Source: a virus
Lineage: Duplodnaviria; Caudoviricetes
Direction: 5' to 3' (one strand)
IMG/VR virus record: IMGVR_UViG_3300045131_000496
Span: 1-60,726 of that record
DNA length: 60,726 bases
The notes below the pieces were generated by a model. That model was given only the letters and a program-made list of their open reading frames with translations, was not told the DNA's origin and ran no database searches. Both the position numbers and the translations under genes were made by a program. Of this stretch, positions 1 to 8,315 are shown one piece after another (position 1 is the stretch's first letter; each line of letters begins with the position of its first letter).

Positions 1-17
1 AAGTACCTCTAGATGAT

Positions 18-389
18 ATGGACATTGAGTTTAAGTACAAGACTAATACATATAAAGGTCTTTATGTTAAAAGTGTTGCAGTAAACGCGTATGTGGTTTT
101 AGGTGACTATCCTGGTGACGAGGTAGAATTGCTATTCCACTATATGGCATCACCTGAACCTTTAAAGTATACAGATGTCCTACCTCTGCCATTCAGCTAC
201 CATGAAGCCCTAATTCATTATATCGCCTACAGAGGGTACTCTGCTATTAAATCAGTAACACCTGTAGGTGCAGAAGATCTTTCATATAAGAAGAGGTTTG
301 AAGATAGTTGTATGCACCTAAAGGAAATTACAGATAATCTGTATGAATACATTGACTACTCTAGGTTATTTAAAAGGTGCTTTGTGTAG
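18..389 (+). CDS. N4 gp67-like head-tail adaptor (probably 5'-truncated; frame is open from position 3)
   Basis: LPLPFSYHEALIHYIAYRGY...YKKRFEDSC resembles the C-terminus of N4 gp67-family proteins; position upstream of tail genes fits N4 synteny. Confidence 0.6.
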   Translation: MDIEFKYKTNTYKGLYVKSVAVNAYVVLGDYPGDEVELLFHYMASPEPLKYTDVLPLPFSYHEALIHYIAYRGYSAIKSVTPVGAEDLSYKKRFEDSCMHLKEITDNLYEYIDYSRLFKRCFV

Positions 390-407
390 TTTACTTAGTG
401 TATAAGA

Positions 408-418
408 TATAATATAAT
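408..418 (+). promoter_or_regulatory. Putative sigma70-type -10 box (tandem TATAAT)
   Basis: TATAATATAAT in the intergenic gap, followed by an AAGGA RBS before ORF 465. Confidence 0.5.
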
Positions 419-464
419 AGCACTACAAGCTTTTCTATTACGTAATAATGAAGGATTTTATAAT

Positions 465-1115
465 ATGGCAACTAATAATGCTTTATCTAACTTTATGGAA
501 CATAAGTTCCTTGACCAGTTTGTATCACCTATTGCCGTAGGAGATATTTATGTAGCAGTACCTTTTACAGGCGCTGTAGTTAACGCAGAGATGGAAGTAG
601 GGTTAGCTCTAGACGGCACTAGTTTTGATAATGTAGTAAACGATACTAATTCTTTGGATGAAGCAGTTACAGCAGGTAACCCTAAGTCTTTAGCTTCTTA
701 CACTACAGGAGACAATATCTTAAGTTCTGCGGTAGTAGATGCAGGATCATTTAAAGTAGTACCGATCTTCTTTGATCGTCCTGGTTTATCGAGCACTGTG
801 CAAAATACGTATCAACTAGACTTCGGTGTACTTGGTGACGGTACTGTTAGCGGTACAGAAGGTACAGGTGTATCACTGACTGGTTACTACGTGTACACTG
901 GCGTTATTAAAGATTTAAGCAATAACCTAGTAGACATTACTACACTAGGTAATGATGTTCGTGCTGCTATTACTGATGGCACATCTACAAACTATGTCAT
1001 TACAGTTGACCTAGCAAAACCTGCTTTTTACGGTACCTTATCTAAATCACAGCAAATTAACACAGGTATTGATATTCTTATCAAGAAAAATGACATTAAG
1101 TTCAGCATGGAATAA
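465..1115 (+). CDS. Putative tail/virion structural protein
   Basis: AAGGA RBS; N-terminal LSNFMEHKFLD..IYVA and C-terminal GTLSKSQQINTG resemble a widespread phage tail-associated family; tail cluster context. Confidence 0.5.
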   Translation: MATNNALSNFMEHKFLDQFVSPIAVGDIYVAVPFTGAVVNAEMEVGLALDGTSFDNVVNDTNSLDEAVTAGNPKSLASYTTGDNILSSAVVDAGSFKVVPIFFDRPGLSSTVQNTYQLDFGVLGDGTVSGTEGTGVSLTGYYVYTGVIKDLSNNLVDITTLGNDVRAAITDGTSTNYVITVDLAKPAFYGTLSKSQQINTGIDILIKKNDIKFSME

Positions 1116-1117
1116 TC

Positions 1118-3601
1118 ATGACTGAAGACCTGCCTTTATTTATTGTAGGGAGCTATTCCTATGAAGCTGGACTTATCTCAGGAAAGATAGGTACAGCTGA
1201 AATAGGTAAAATGTCTATAGGCGTTAACCCTGCAGTAGCCAATGAGTTAGGTACTACTGGAGCACCACTGAATAAAATCGGTAGTGCTAAAGTAGGTAAC
1301 TTTGCTATCGGTAATTACCCAGAATATTACCATGAGTTAGAAATTAATACAGTAACATCATGTAGTGTAGCTATTGTATTAACTTCTGCATTAGAAATTG
1401 ACAGTGCTACAGAAGCATATAAAGATAACACATTTGTATTAGGTGAGACTGTTATCGGTAGTGGTAGTCCGCTTGGTGTAGATCACATACCATACAGAAT
1501 CTCTTTAGCTAGTTATCATGATATTGATGTAACCTCTATAGTGAATCTTGCACAGTCTGTGTACCTAGATTCTATAGAAGACATATTCATACCTAGTTCA
1601 TCTTACCTGCTAGGTAGTATAGCTAGTCAGTACTCAACATACGTTAATAGCGATGTTTATTTATTAGGAAGTATAGCTACTAACCATGATGTAGCTATTC
1701 AAGGTATAGTTGACTATACTGCCAGCATAGCGTCTACCTATGATATATCTTCTATATCTGTTGTGAACCTAGTACAGTCAGTATATACTGATTCAACAGA
1801 AGATATTGAAATTATTACAGAATCCGATCTACTAGGTTCTATTGCAAGTAGTTATGACTGTAATACTGTAACTGTATCTGATGTAACATACTCTATCGCA
1901 TCTAGCTATGATACCAGTACTATTACTGAAGTAGCACATACTACATCTATTAGCAGCCTGTATGATGTGTCAATTACTACAGCAGTTTATCTAGTAGGTT
2001 CTATTAGTACAGATTATACTTGTACTACTATAACTACTACAGAAATTATACCTAATATATCAGGGCATGTAGGCGAGTTCTTAATTCATGCCGATACCGT
2101 ATGTGATATTACTTCTGTAATAGCTACTAGTTACGATACATCTCTAGATACAGTAGCAAGTATCACAGCCTCTATAGCTACAGATTACGACACACGTGCA
2201 CATACTGAAAGTGAATTACTAGTTTCATTAGCTGGACATGCTGAGTCTGAAGCACACAGCGAGACGTACGAAATACCTCACATATATGGAGCTCATAGAA
2301 AAGCTATAGGCTTAATGAGTACCTATTCTAGCGAAGTAGTTACACTAACTACAGTTCAAACAGCTAAGACAAGCAGTAATAGTGCTAGTACATTATCAGT
2401 AACAATACAGCCATTACCAGTAACAATTAATAGCGGTTCCTCTACTACACTAGATAAAGTATATGCTACTGTAGCAACAATAGAAGAAAGTAAAGTAGTA
2501 GCTATTACTGACAGCATTAGCAATGTAATAGGGTTTGTACAAGGATCTACTTCTGGTGCAAATAGTAGTACTGAAACCGCAACAGTTATATGTACAAGTA
2601 CTGACACTAGCAGTACAGCAAGCATTGAACATATGCCTTTATGGGGTATGCTAACAGTATATACTACTGAATCCACAGCTACATCTACAGCAAGTAGTGT
2701 AACGCCTATCACACCTACACTCATTAAACCTTCAGTAGTCACTACTCTAGGTGTAGTGCGTAATGTGTACAGGATTAAGTTTGTTTCTGCTGAAGGATCT
2801 TGCAGTAGTAGCACTACTATAACTAGCAGCATAGGTACAGCTGCCTACGGTTTAGATGATAGCGGTACAACAGATATTACATCTTCAGTGTCTATAATCA
2901 CTAACCCAACAAGTACATGTGAAACTAAAGACGTAAATATAGCTCGTAGTATTAGTACTACAGTATCCTCAGCTACTAGCTATACTGAAGATGTACCTAA
3001 AGTATTTATGGTGTTCTTCGCTAAACCTATTACTAAACTGACTAGTGCAGAAGTTCAGTTTATATATCCTACACTAGGTCTATTTGAGAATGAAGAAGTA
3101 GGCAGTACAGCTAATATGCTAGATAGTCAAGTATTTGTTACTATGACTACATCACTAGATTCAGATAATTACACAAAAGCGTATGACGTACCTAAAGCCT
3201 ATGGTATTATTGGAGCATATGTCCATAATACTGTAGAGCTATCTACTATCAGCTTTACTTTTGTAGACGATCTACAAAATACTACACTAAGTATTACTAA
3301 ATTTAAAGAAGTAGAAGGTAAAGATTCTACTGCTGAAGTAGTTACAACCTTAGCTTCTACATATGCTACCAGTAGTGATTCTATACTAGATTCCATAACT
3401 TCTATGCGGTTTGAAGGACCTACTACTACAAAATTAACTTGTGATGCTGTTGACAGCTCACCTAAAGTACTGGTAACTTGCTCTAGTGCAGCAAGCAGTT
3501 CACAAGACTCTACTGATATACTTATCTTAGATTTCATATACCCTAGCCCTAAGATTAGGACTTGGGTCTTGCCTGTAACAAATAGAACATTTAAGGTGTA
3601 A
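1118..3601 (+). CDS. Ser/Thr-rich repetitive virion (tail/fibre-associated) protein
   Basis: 827 aa, very S/T/V/I-rich, about 18-aa degenerate repeats; tightly packed with neighbours. Confidence 0.5.
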   Translation: MTEDLPLFIVGSYSYEAGLISGKIGTAEIGKMSIGVNPAVANELGTTGAPLNKIGSAKVGNFAIGNYPEYYHELEINTVTSCSVAIVLTSALEIDSATEAYKDNTFVLGETVIGSGSPLGVDHIPYRISLASYHDIDVTSIVNLAQSVYLDSIEDIFIPSSSYLLGSIASQYSTYVNSDVYLLGSIATNHDVAIQGIVDYTASIASTYDISSISVVNLVQSVYTDSTEDIEIITESDLLGSIASSYDCNTVTVSDVTYSIASSYDTSTITEVAHTTSISSLYDVSITTAVYLVGSISTDYTCTTITTTEIIPNISGHVGEFLIHADTVCDITSVIATSYDTSLDTVASITASIATDYDTRAHTESELLVSLAGHAESEAHSETYEIPHIYGAHRKAIGLMSTYSSEVVTLTTVQTAKTSSNSASTLSVTIQPLPVTINSGSSTTLDKVYATVATIEESKVVAITDSISNVIGFVQGSTSGANSSTETATVICTSTDTSSTASIEHMPLWGMLTVYTTESTATSTASSVTPITPTLIKPSVVTTLGVVRNVYRIKFVSAEGSCSSSTTITSSIGTAAYGLDDSGTTDITSSVSIITNPTSTCETKDVNIARSISTTVSSATSYTEDVPKVFMVFFAKPITKLTSAEVQFIYPTLGLFENEEVGSTANMLDSQVFVTMTTSLDSDNYTKAYDVPKAYGIIGAYVHNTVELSTISFTFVDDLQNTTLSITKFKEVEGKDSTAEVVTTLASTYATSSDSILDSITSMRFEGPTTTKLTCDAVDSSPKVLVTCSSAASSSQDSTDILILDFIYPSPKIRTWVLPVTNRTFKV
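1500..2250 (+). repeat. Degenerate ~18-aa protein repeats (xLxGSIASxYD)
   Basis: YLLGSIASQYS, YLLGSIATNHD, YTASIASTYD, LLGSIASSYD, VTYSIASSYD, HTTSISSLYD, YLVGSISTDY, ITSVIATSYD, ITASIATDYD; boundaries approximate. Confidence 0.7.
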
Positions 3602-3606
3602 TACAG

Positions 3607-4224
3607 ATGGCAATTATAGGAACTATCATTCAACAACCTAATGAGCTTATTGACTACACTGTAGACTTCTCAGAGTTTTTGAATACTAACGAAGAGAATA
3701 CTGAAACAGAGACTTATTACATTACTAAAGTACATGCCGAAGTAAGTGAAGGCACTACTGCAAAGGTAATAGCTAATGGCTTATCGTATGACTGGTCTCA
3801 GATATCAGGAGAAAACGGTTATTATTTTGATATGGAAGCTGCGGTAAGTAAAGTTAAGTTTTACCTTTACGGAGGTACTGCAGGTGATAGATTTAAGGTA
3901 ACTATTCGTATCACAGCAGCTTCTTACCATTATTATACTAACCAGATGACTGGTGACTTTATGGTGAATAATGATACAGAGAAACTGATTACTTTTGATG
4001 AAAGTAGCTCTGCGTCTACACTAACAATAACACAAGACGGTAAAGAAGTAGCACCTCCAACGTTTACACCTATTGCAGGTACAAATAGCTATAAGGTACC
4101 AGAAGGGTACGCTTACGAGTTTAAGACTTTTAGTAAGCTAACAGTTGCAACACCAAAAGCCTACTCTGCTTCAGGCTCTATTGTTAAAGAAGTTGAATTT
4201 AAAGTTAAGATTAAAGAGTATTAA
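3607..4224 (+). CDS. Putative fibre-tail adaptor protein
   Basis: QQPNELIDYTVDFSEFL...GGTAGDRFKVTIRIT matches the P-x-E-x-x-D-Y-x-x-D / GGTxG-x-x-(Y/F)-x-V pattern of phage fibre adaptors. Confidence 0.55.
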   Translation: MAIIGTIIQQPNELIDYTVDFSEFLNTNEENTETETYYITKVHAEVSEGTTAKVIANGLSYDWSQISGENGYYFDMEAAVSKVKFYLYGGTAGDRFKVTIRITAASYHYYTNQMTGDFMVNNDTEKLITFDESSSASTLTITQDGKEVAPPTFTPIAGTNSYKVPEGYAYEFKTFSKLTVATPKAYSASGSIVKEVEFKVKIKEY

Positions 4225-4227
4225 TAA

Positions 4228-4551
4228 ATGTCAGTTACCTTAATAGATGATAAGTACCACATTGAGTATAGAGCAGGTACAACTCAAGAGCTCATACTAG
4301 ATTTAACATACTACCCAGACGAAACCAGCACTGTAGGCACACCTATGGATCTGTCTAGTGCAAAGTTTAAGTTTGTAGCGTTTGACGAAGAGTCAGGTAA
4401 AACAAAGTTTGAAATTCCTATGAATACACTAGATAATACTGTATCGTGTCTTATTGACCATAGAAGAAAATTGACCTGTAGTTTCTCTGTAGTACTAACC
4501 CAAGGCAGAAGTGTAACAGATTTCTTAACCGGTATTTTGAGGGTTTACTAA
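4228..4551 (+). CDS. Hypothetical small beta-sandwich tail protein (BppU-N-like)
   Basis: RAGTTQELIL..PMDLSSAKFKF..G-I-L-R-V pattern; context. Confidence 0.4.
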   Translation: MSVTLIDDKYHIEYRAGTTQELILDLTYYPDETSTVGTPMDLSSAKFKFVAFDEESGKTKFEIPMNTLDNTVSCLIDHRRKLTCSFSVVLTQGRSVTDFLTGILRVY

Positions 4552-5036
4552 TGGCAGCTATAGTAACAACAACAGCCAATACCTCATCAGTTACTGCATC
4601 CTCTATTACTAACGGGCAAACCTTAAATGGTGACTCTTTATGTAGATTAGAAATTGCTATACGTCCAGTAAAAGTAGTAGTAGGGATAAAGACTTCTGTT
4701 ACAGCTTTAGAGGTAATGAATGCTTTTAGTTCTAGTACCTCAGTGTCAGGATTAGCTGGACCTATTAAAACTAGCTACATAGAGAAAAGCTTAAGCGGTG
4801 ATTTTCTAGTACCTTCAAACATTTACGGTGATCTTATTCTTAATATGGTACTAGCAAAGCTGGAAGTAGAGGACGAAGATGGTGGTATAGAAACTATTAC
4901 AGAAACTTTAATTGATATAACCTATGATAAGTCTTCTCTAGTTATACAACTACCAGAAGAAGATCTAGATTATTTAGAAAACATCGGTACATTAAAAGGA
5001 TTAACTATTAGTTATGCAACTAGGATTACATCATGA
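4551..5036 (+). CDS. Hypothetical virion protein
   Basis: TAATG coupling to the upstream gene; C-terminal domain loosely resembles those of ORFs 5296 and 6328. Confidence 0.5.
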   Translation: MAAIVTTTANTSSVTASSITNGQTLNGDSLCRLEIAIRPVKVVVGIKTSVTALEVMNAFSSSTSVSGLAGPIKTSYIEKSLSGDFLVPSNIYGDLILNMVLAKLEVEDEDGGIETITETLIDITYDKSSLVIQLPEEDLDYLENIGTLKGLTISYATRITS

Positions 5037-5227
5037 TAAAAACAAAAGTTAGGGATTACGGTTTTATTGCATGGCTACGACTACAAGGGTTCATAGTACA
5101 TAATGACCTCACTACAGCTTTAACTATCAAAGAGCTAGCAAAGCTTAACGTTGAATACAAACAATCTCAATTTTATTTATTCAATGAAGAGTTAAAGGCT
5201 ATTGTTAGAAGTAAAGATAAGCTATAA
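5033..5227 (+). CDS. Hypothetical protein
   Basis: ATGA overlap with the upstream stop; 64 aa. Confidence 0.55.
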   Translation: MIKTKVRDYGFIAWLRLQGFIVHNDLTTALTIKELAKLNVEYKQSQFYLFNEELKAIVRSKDKL

Positions 5228-5233
5228 TATAAT
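5223..5233 (+). promoter_or_regulatory. Putative -10 box (TATAATATAAT)
   Basis: Upstream of ORF 5296, which has a strong AAGGA RBS. Confidence 0.45.
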
Positions 5234-5295
5234 CTAATTTACTAGCTGTAATAAGCTACTGTTTATATCGTTTCTATTACAGAAGGAAAATTAAA

Positions 5296-6264
5296 ATGGG
5301 TATTTTAGTTCGTTCAAAAAGTTCTATCTATGGTTTGAATGCTGATCTTGCTGCGTTGCAAGCTGCTGATTCTGCAGAACAGTCTCGTGCTGAAGCTGCT
5401 GAGTTAGTACTTACTAACAACCTAGCTACTGAGCAATCACGTGCAGAAGCTGCTGAATTGGTATTAACTAACACTGCTGCTGCTATTCAATCTGAACTTG
5501 ATGCTACTCAAGTAGGTGCTGGTTTAGCTACTGATGGTTCATACGTAGTTAAAGCTGACGCTAGTTATATCGCTACTGCTACTAGCTTGAACAGTGCTAC
5601 TATCAAGTTAGATGCTGCTTTAAAAGCTGAAGAGATTGCTCGTTTAGCTGCTGAAGCTGCTTTAGGCGTACGTATTGATAACGTATTGTCTAACACTGAC
5701 GGTACTGCTATTGATTCATTGACTGAAGTTGTTACTGAGTTCCAACGTGTTGATGGTAACTTACAAACTGCAATTACTAACTTGAGCAATGCTGCTGGTG
5801 CTGGTTTAACTCAAGAGATTGCTGACCGTGAAGCTGCTGACGTAGTATTACAAGGTAATGTTGATGCAGTTGCTGCTGACCTTGCTACTGCTGATGCTCG
5901 TGCTGTTGCAGCTGAAGGTGTATTGACTGCTGACTTAGCTCAAGAAGTTTCAGATCGTGAAGCTGCTATTGCTCAAGAAGTACTAGATCGTAACGAAGCT
6001 ATCCGTGTTGGTGGCTCTAACAACAAGATCGAATCTCGTACTGTAGCTTCTGGCAAAATCACATTGTCATTTGCTCCAAAAGGTGGTACTGCTGGTATCA
6101 TGAACTTTGCTACTGTTCGTTATACTGACGGTAACGGTGTATCTTATGATGCTCCTTTGACTGCTGGTTCAAGCGACAAAGAGTTCATTGTTAACACCGA
6201 TACTGCTGGTCAGTGGGATGGTAACTCTGTACTTGTACAATACATGTACGTAACTCCAGTTTAA
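5296..6264 (+). CDS. Coiled-coil fibre/whisker-like virion protein
   Basis: Ala-rich coiled-coil repeats (EQSRAEAAELVLTN x2, QEIADRE/QEVSDRE), DSLTEV motif, strong codon bias like the capsid gene, own RBS and terminator. Confidence 0.65.
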   Translation: MGILVRSKSSIYGLNADLAALQAADSAEQSRAEAAELVLTNNLATEQSRAEAAELVLTNTAAAIQSELDATQVGAGLATDGSYVVKADASYIATATSLNSATIKLDAALKAEEIARLAAEAALGVRIDNVLSNTDGTAIDSLTEVVTEFQRVDGNLQTAITNLSNAAGAGLTQEIADREAADVVLQGNVDAVAADLATADARAVAAEGVLTADLAQEVSDREAAIAQEVLDRNEAIRVGGSNNKIESRTVASGKITLSFAPKGGTAGIMNFATVRYTDGNGVSYDAPLTAGSSDKEFIVNTDTAGQWDGNSVLVQYMYVTPV

Positions 6265-6277
6265 TTACTGTGGTATT

Positions 6278-6308
6278 GGGGACGGGGAAACCTGTCCCTT
6301 TTTTATTT
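6278..6308 (+). terminator. Rho-independent terminator
   Basis: GGGACGG-GGAAA-CCTGTCCC hairpin (one G-U pair) followed by TTTTTTATTT. Confidence 0.85.
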
Positions 6309-6327
6309 ATAATCGGAGTTACTAAAC

Positions 6328-6945
6328 ATGGCTATTTTAATTTATAACGACGGTGATAAACTTGTAGATACAATCCCAGACCGTAATATGCTTACTAAAC
6401 GATTTGACGGTATGCGTGTACGAGTTAAAGATGCTACAGGTGATATTCAAGTAGGTGGCGGTAGTGCTGAGTACTTATGGGATACTTCAGTAGTAGGTGG
6501 ACGTTGGGCTATTACTTGGGCAGATACTTACCCTACAATGAGTTTTGCAAATGAAACTTTACCTATTACAGGTAGTACAATTACACTAGGTAATGTGCCT
6601 GCTAATGGTGTTTTATTCAGTGCTGTAATCATTGACGATAATGGTGTAATTATGGGTGATGCAGACGTTGCTTCTGTTAACCTAGGTGTAGTTACTTTAT
6701 CTAGTTCTAACTACTCTGGTAAGCAGTTAAAAGTAAACTATGCTTACGGATCTATGGCTTCTCAAATTCAAGTAGTGTATGACCAAATCAATGAACGTAT
6801 TGATGCAGTAGTAGGACCAGCTCCTGAAGACATGAATACACTTAAAGAGTTAGCAGATGCAGTTACCAATCTAAGTACCACTCTAGATTCAGCTTCTACT
6901 AGTTCTACAGAAGCTTCAAATTACGTCAATACCGTACTAGTTTAA
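6328..6945 (+). CDS. Tail fibre-associated protein
   Basis: GGAG RBS; VRVKDATGD motif and APEDMNTLKELADA fibre motif. Confidence 0.6.
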   Translation: MAILIYNDGDKLVDTIPDRNMLTKRFDGMRVRVKDATGDIQVGGGSAEYLWDTSVVGGRWAITWADTYPTMSFANETLPITGSTITLGNVPANGVLFSAVIIDDNGVIMGDADVASVNLGVVTLSSSNYSGKQLKVNYAYGSMASQIQVVYDQINERIDAVVGPAPEDMNTLKELADAVTNLSTTLDSASTSSTEASNYVNTVLV

Positions 6946-6982
6946 TTGGTATTATTTGGTATATAGAAATTAAGTATTGTAG

Positions 6983-6988
6983 TATAAT
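6983..6988 (+). promoter_or_regulatory. Putative -10 box TATAAT
   Basis: AT-rich gap upstream of ORF 7028 (AGGA RBS). Confidence 0.45.
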
Positions 6989-7027
6989 AACTATAAACTT
7001 AAAGTAATTATACATATAGGAAATAAT

Positions 7028-7399
7028 ATGAGTGAATACGTTTCAACTTTAACAAAACCTGCAACACTTCAATCATATGCAGAAGCAGTTACAGCAGGTA
7101 CTGCCCATAACTGGGTAGACGGTCAAGTAGGTACTGCAGATAGGTTTAATAAGAATGTACAGGTAGTATTTTCTATGGTTAATGATCTGTATACTGAATT
7201 AGACACAACAGCTACTAGTAATAAAACAGTACTAGATAGTACTTTAACTAATTTAGAGGCTAACAATGTTATTGTTGATCAATCTTTATCAACAATAGAA
7301 ACCAATTTTTTAGCCTTAGGAACAGCACTAGAAGGTACAGGGTCTGTATCAGAAACACTAAATGACACAGCAAATTACGTAACTACACTATTAGGATAA
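7028..7399 (+). CDS. Tail fibre-associated coiled-coil protein
   Basis: AGGA RBS; heptad pattern; C-terminus NYVTTLLG resembles that of ORF 6328. Confidence 0.55.
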   Translation: MSEYVSTLTKPATLQSYAEAVTAGTAHNWVDGQVGTADRFNKNVQVVFSMVNDLYTELDTTATSNKTVLDSTLTNLEANNVIVDQSLSTIETNFLALGTALEGTGSVSETLNDTANYVTTLLG

Positions 7400-7404
7400 A
7401 CAAT

Positions 7405-8304
7405 ATGAGTTTACAAGATTCTTTTGATGCTTTTTCTACAGGTATCACTAACCTAAGCGGAGCAGTTAAAACAATTGCGGACAAGGTTAAGAGTACTAGT
7501 GATGACTTAGCATCTCACGCTCACGGTGATTCTTTGGTATTTAATACTAACGATAACACGTTAACATACACCAAAACAGACGGTACTACACAGGTAATCA
7601 GTTTATTAAAGTACCTAGATAACAATGCCTCTGCTTTAGCTGGAGCTACTTACGATTCTGCTAACAAACAACTAGTATTTACTCGTGAAGACGGTACTAC
7701 TTTTAACGTAAGCACTGCAGTATTTTTTGATGACACTAATTTAGTTATTAGTGTGGCTGGTAAGTCAGGTGCAGTAACCTTAGATAAAACAGACGTAGGT
7801 TTAGGTAACGTAGATAATACAGCTGATGCAAGTAAAGTAGTATTAAGTGCTACTAAGCTAGATACTGCTAGAACTATTAATGGTATTGATTTTGACGGTA
7901 CTGCTAACATTACTGTAGCTGACGTTACTAAATTGCCATTAGCTGGTGGTACTATGACTGGTGGCTTAACAGTTAAACAACTAGTAGAAACACATACAGC
8001 TATCACAGTTACCTCAGGTACTGTAGGTATTGACCTATCTTTAGGTAATAGCTTCGGCTTTAGTACGGCCCTTACAGGTGCAGTTACTTTAAATTTCACT
8101 AACGTACCAGCTTGTGGTGTATTCAGTGTTACTGTTCCTTCTGGTTCTACTGCTTATGCAGTTACGCTAGGTACTGGTGGTACGCACCATGCTGCAGGTG
8201 GCTTAAGCAAATTGACTCTAACAGCTAGTTCAAAAGACAAGTTAGTATGCGAAGTACGTAATGGTACATTTGAATGGTCAATCATTAAAGATATCAAAGC
8301 ATAA
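7405..8304 (+). CDS. Tail fibre protein
   Basis: SVAGKSGAVTLDKTDVGLGNVDNTAD, ATKLDTARTINGIDFDGTANI and LPLAGGTMTG are typical fibre motifs. Confidence 0.85.
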   Translation: MSLQDSFDAFSTGITNLSGAVKTIADKVKSTSDDLASHAHGDSLVFNTNDNTLTYTKTDGTTQVISLLKYLDNNASALAGATYDSANKQLVFTREDGTTFNVSTAVFFDDTNLVISVAGKSGAVTLDKTDVGLGNVDNTADASKVVLSATKLDTARTINGIDFDGTANITVADVTKLPLAGGTMTGGLTVKQLVETHTAITVTSGTVGIDLSLGNSFGFSTALTGAVTLNFTNVPACGVFSVTVPSGSTAYAVTLGTGGTHHAAGGLSKLTLTASSKDKLVCEVRNGTFEWSIIKDIKA

Positions 8305-8315
8305 GGAGTTTCATT

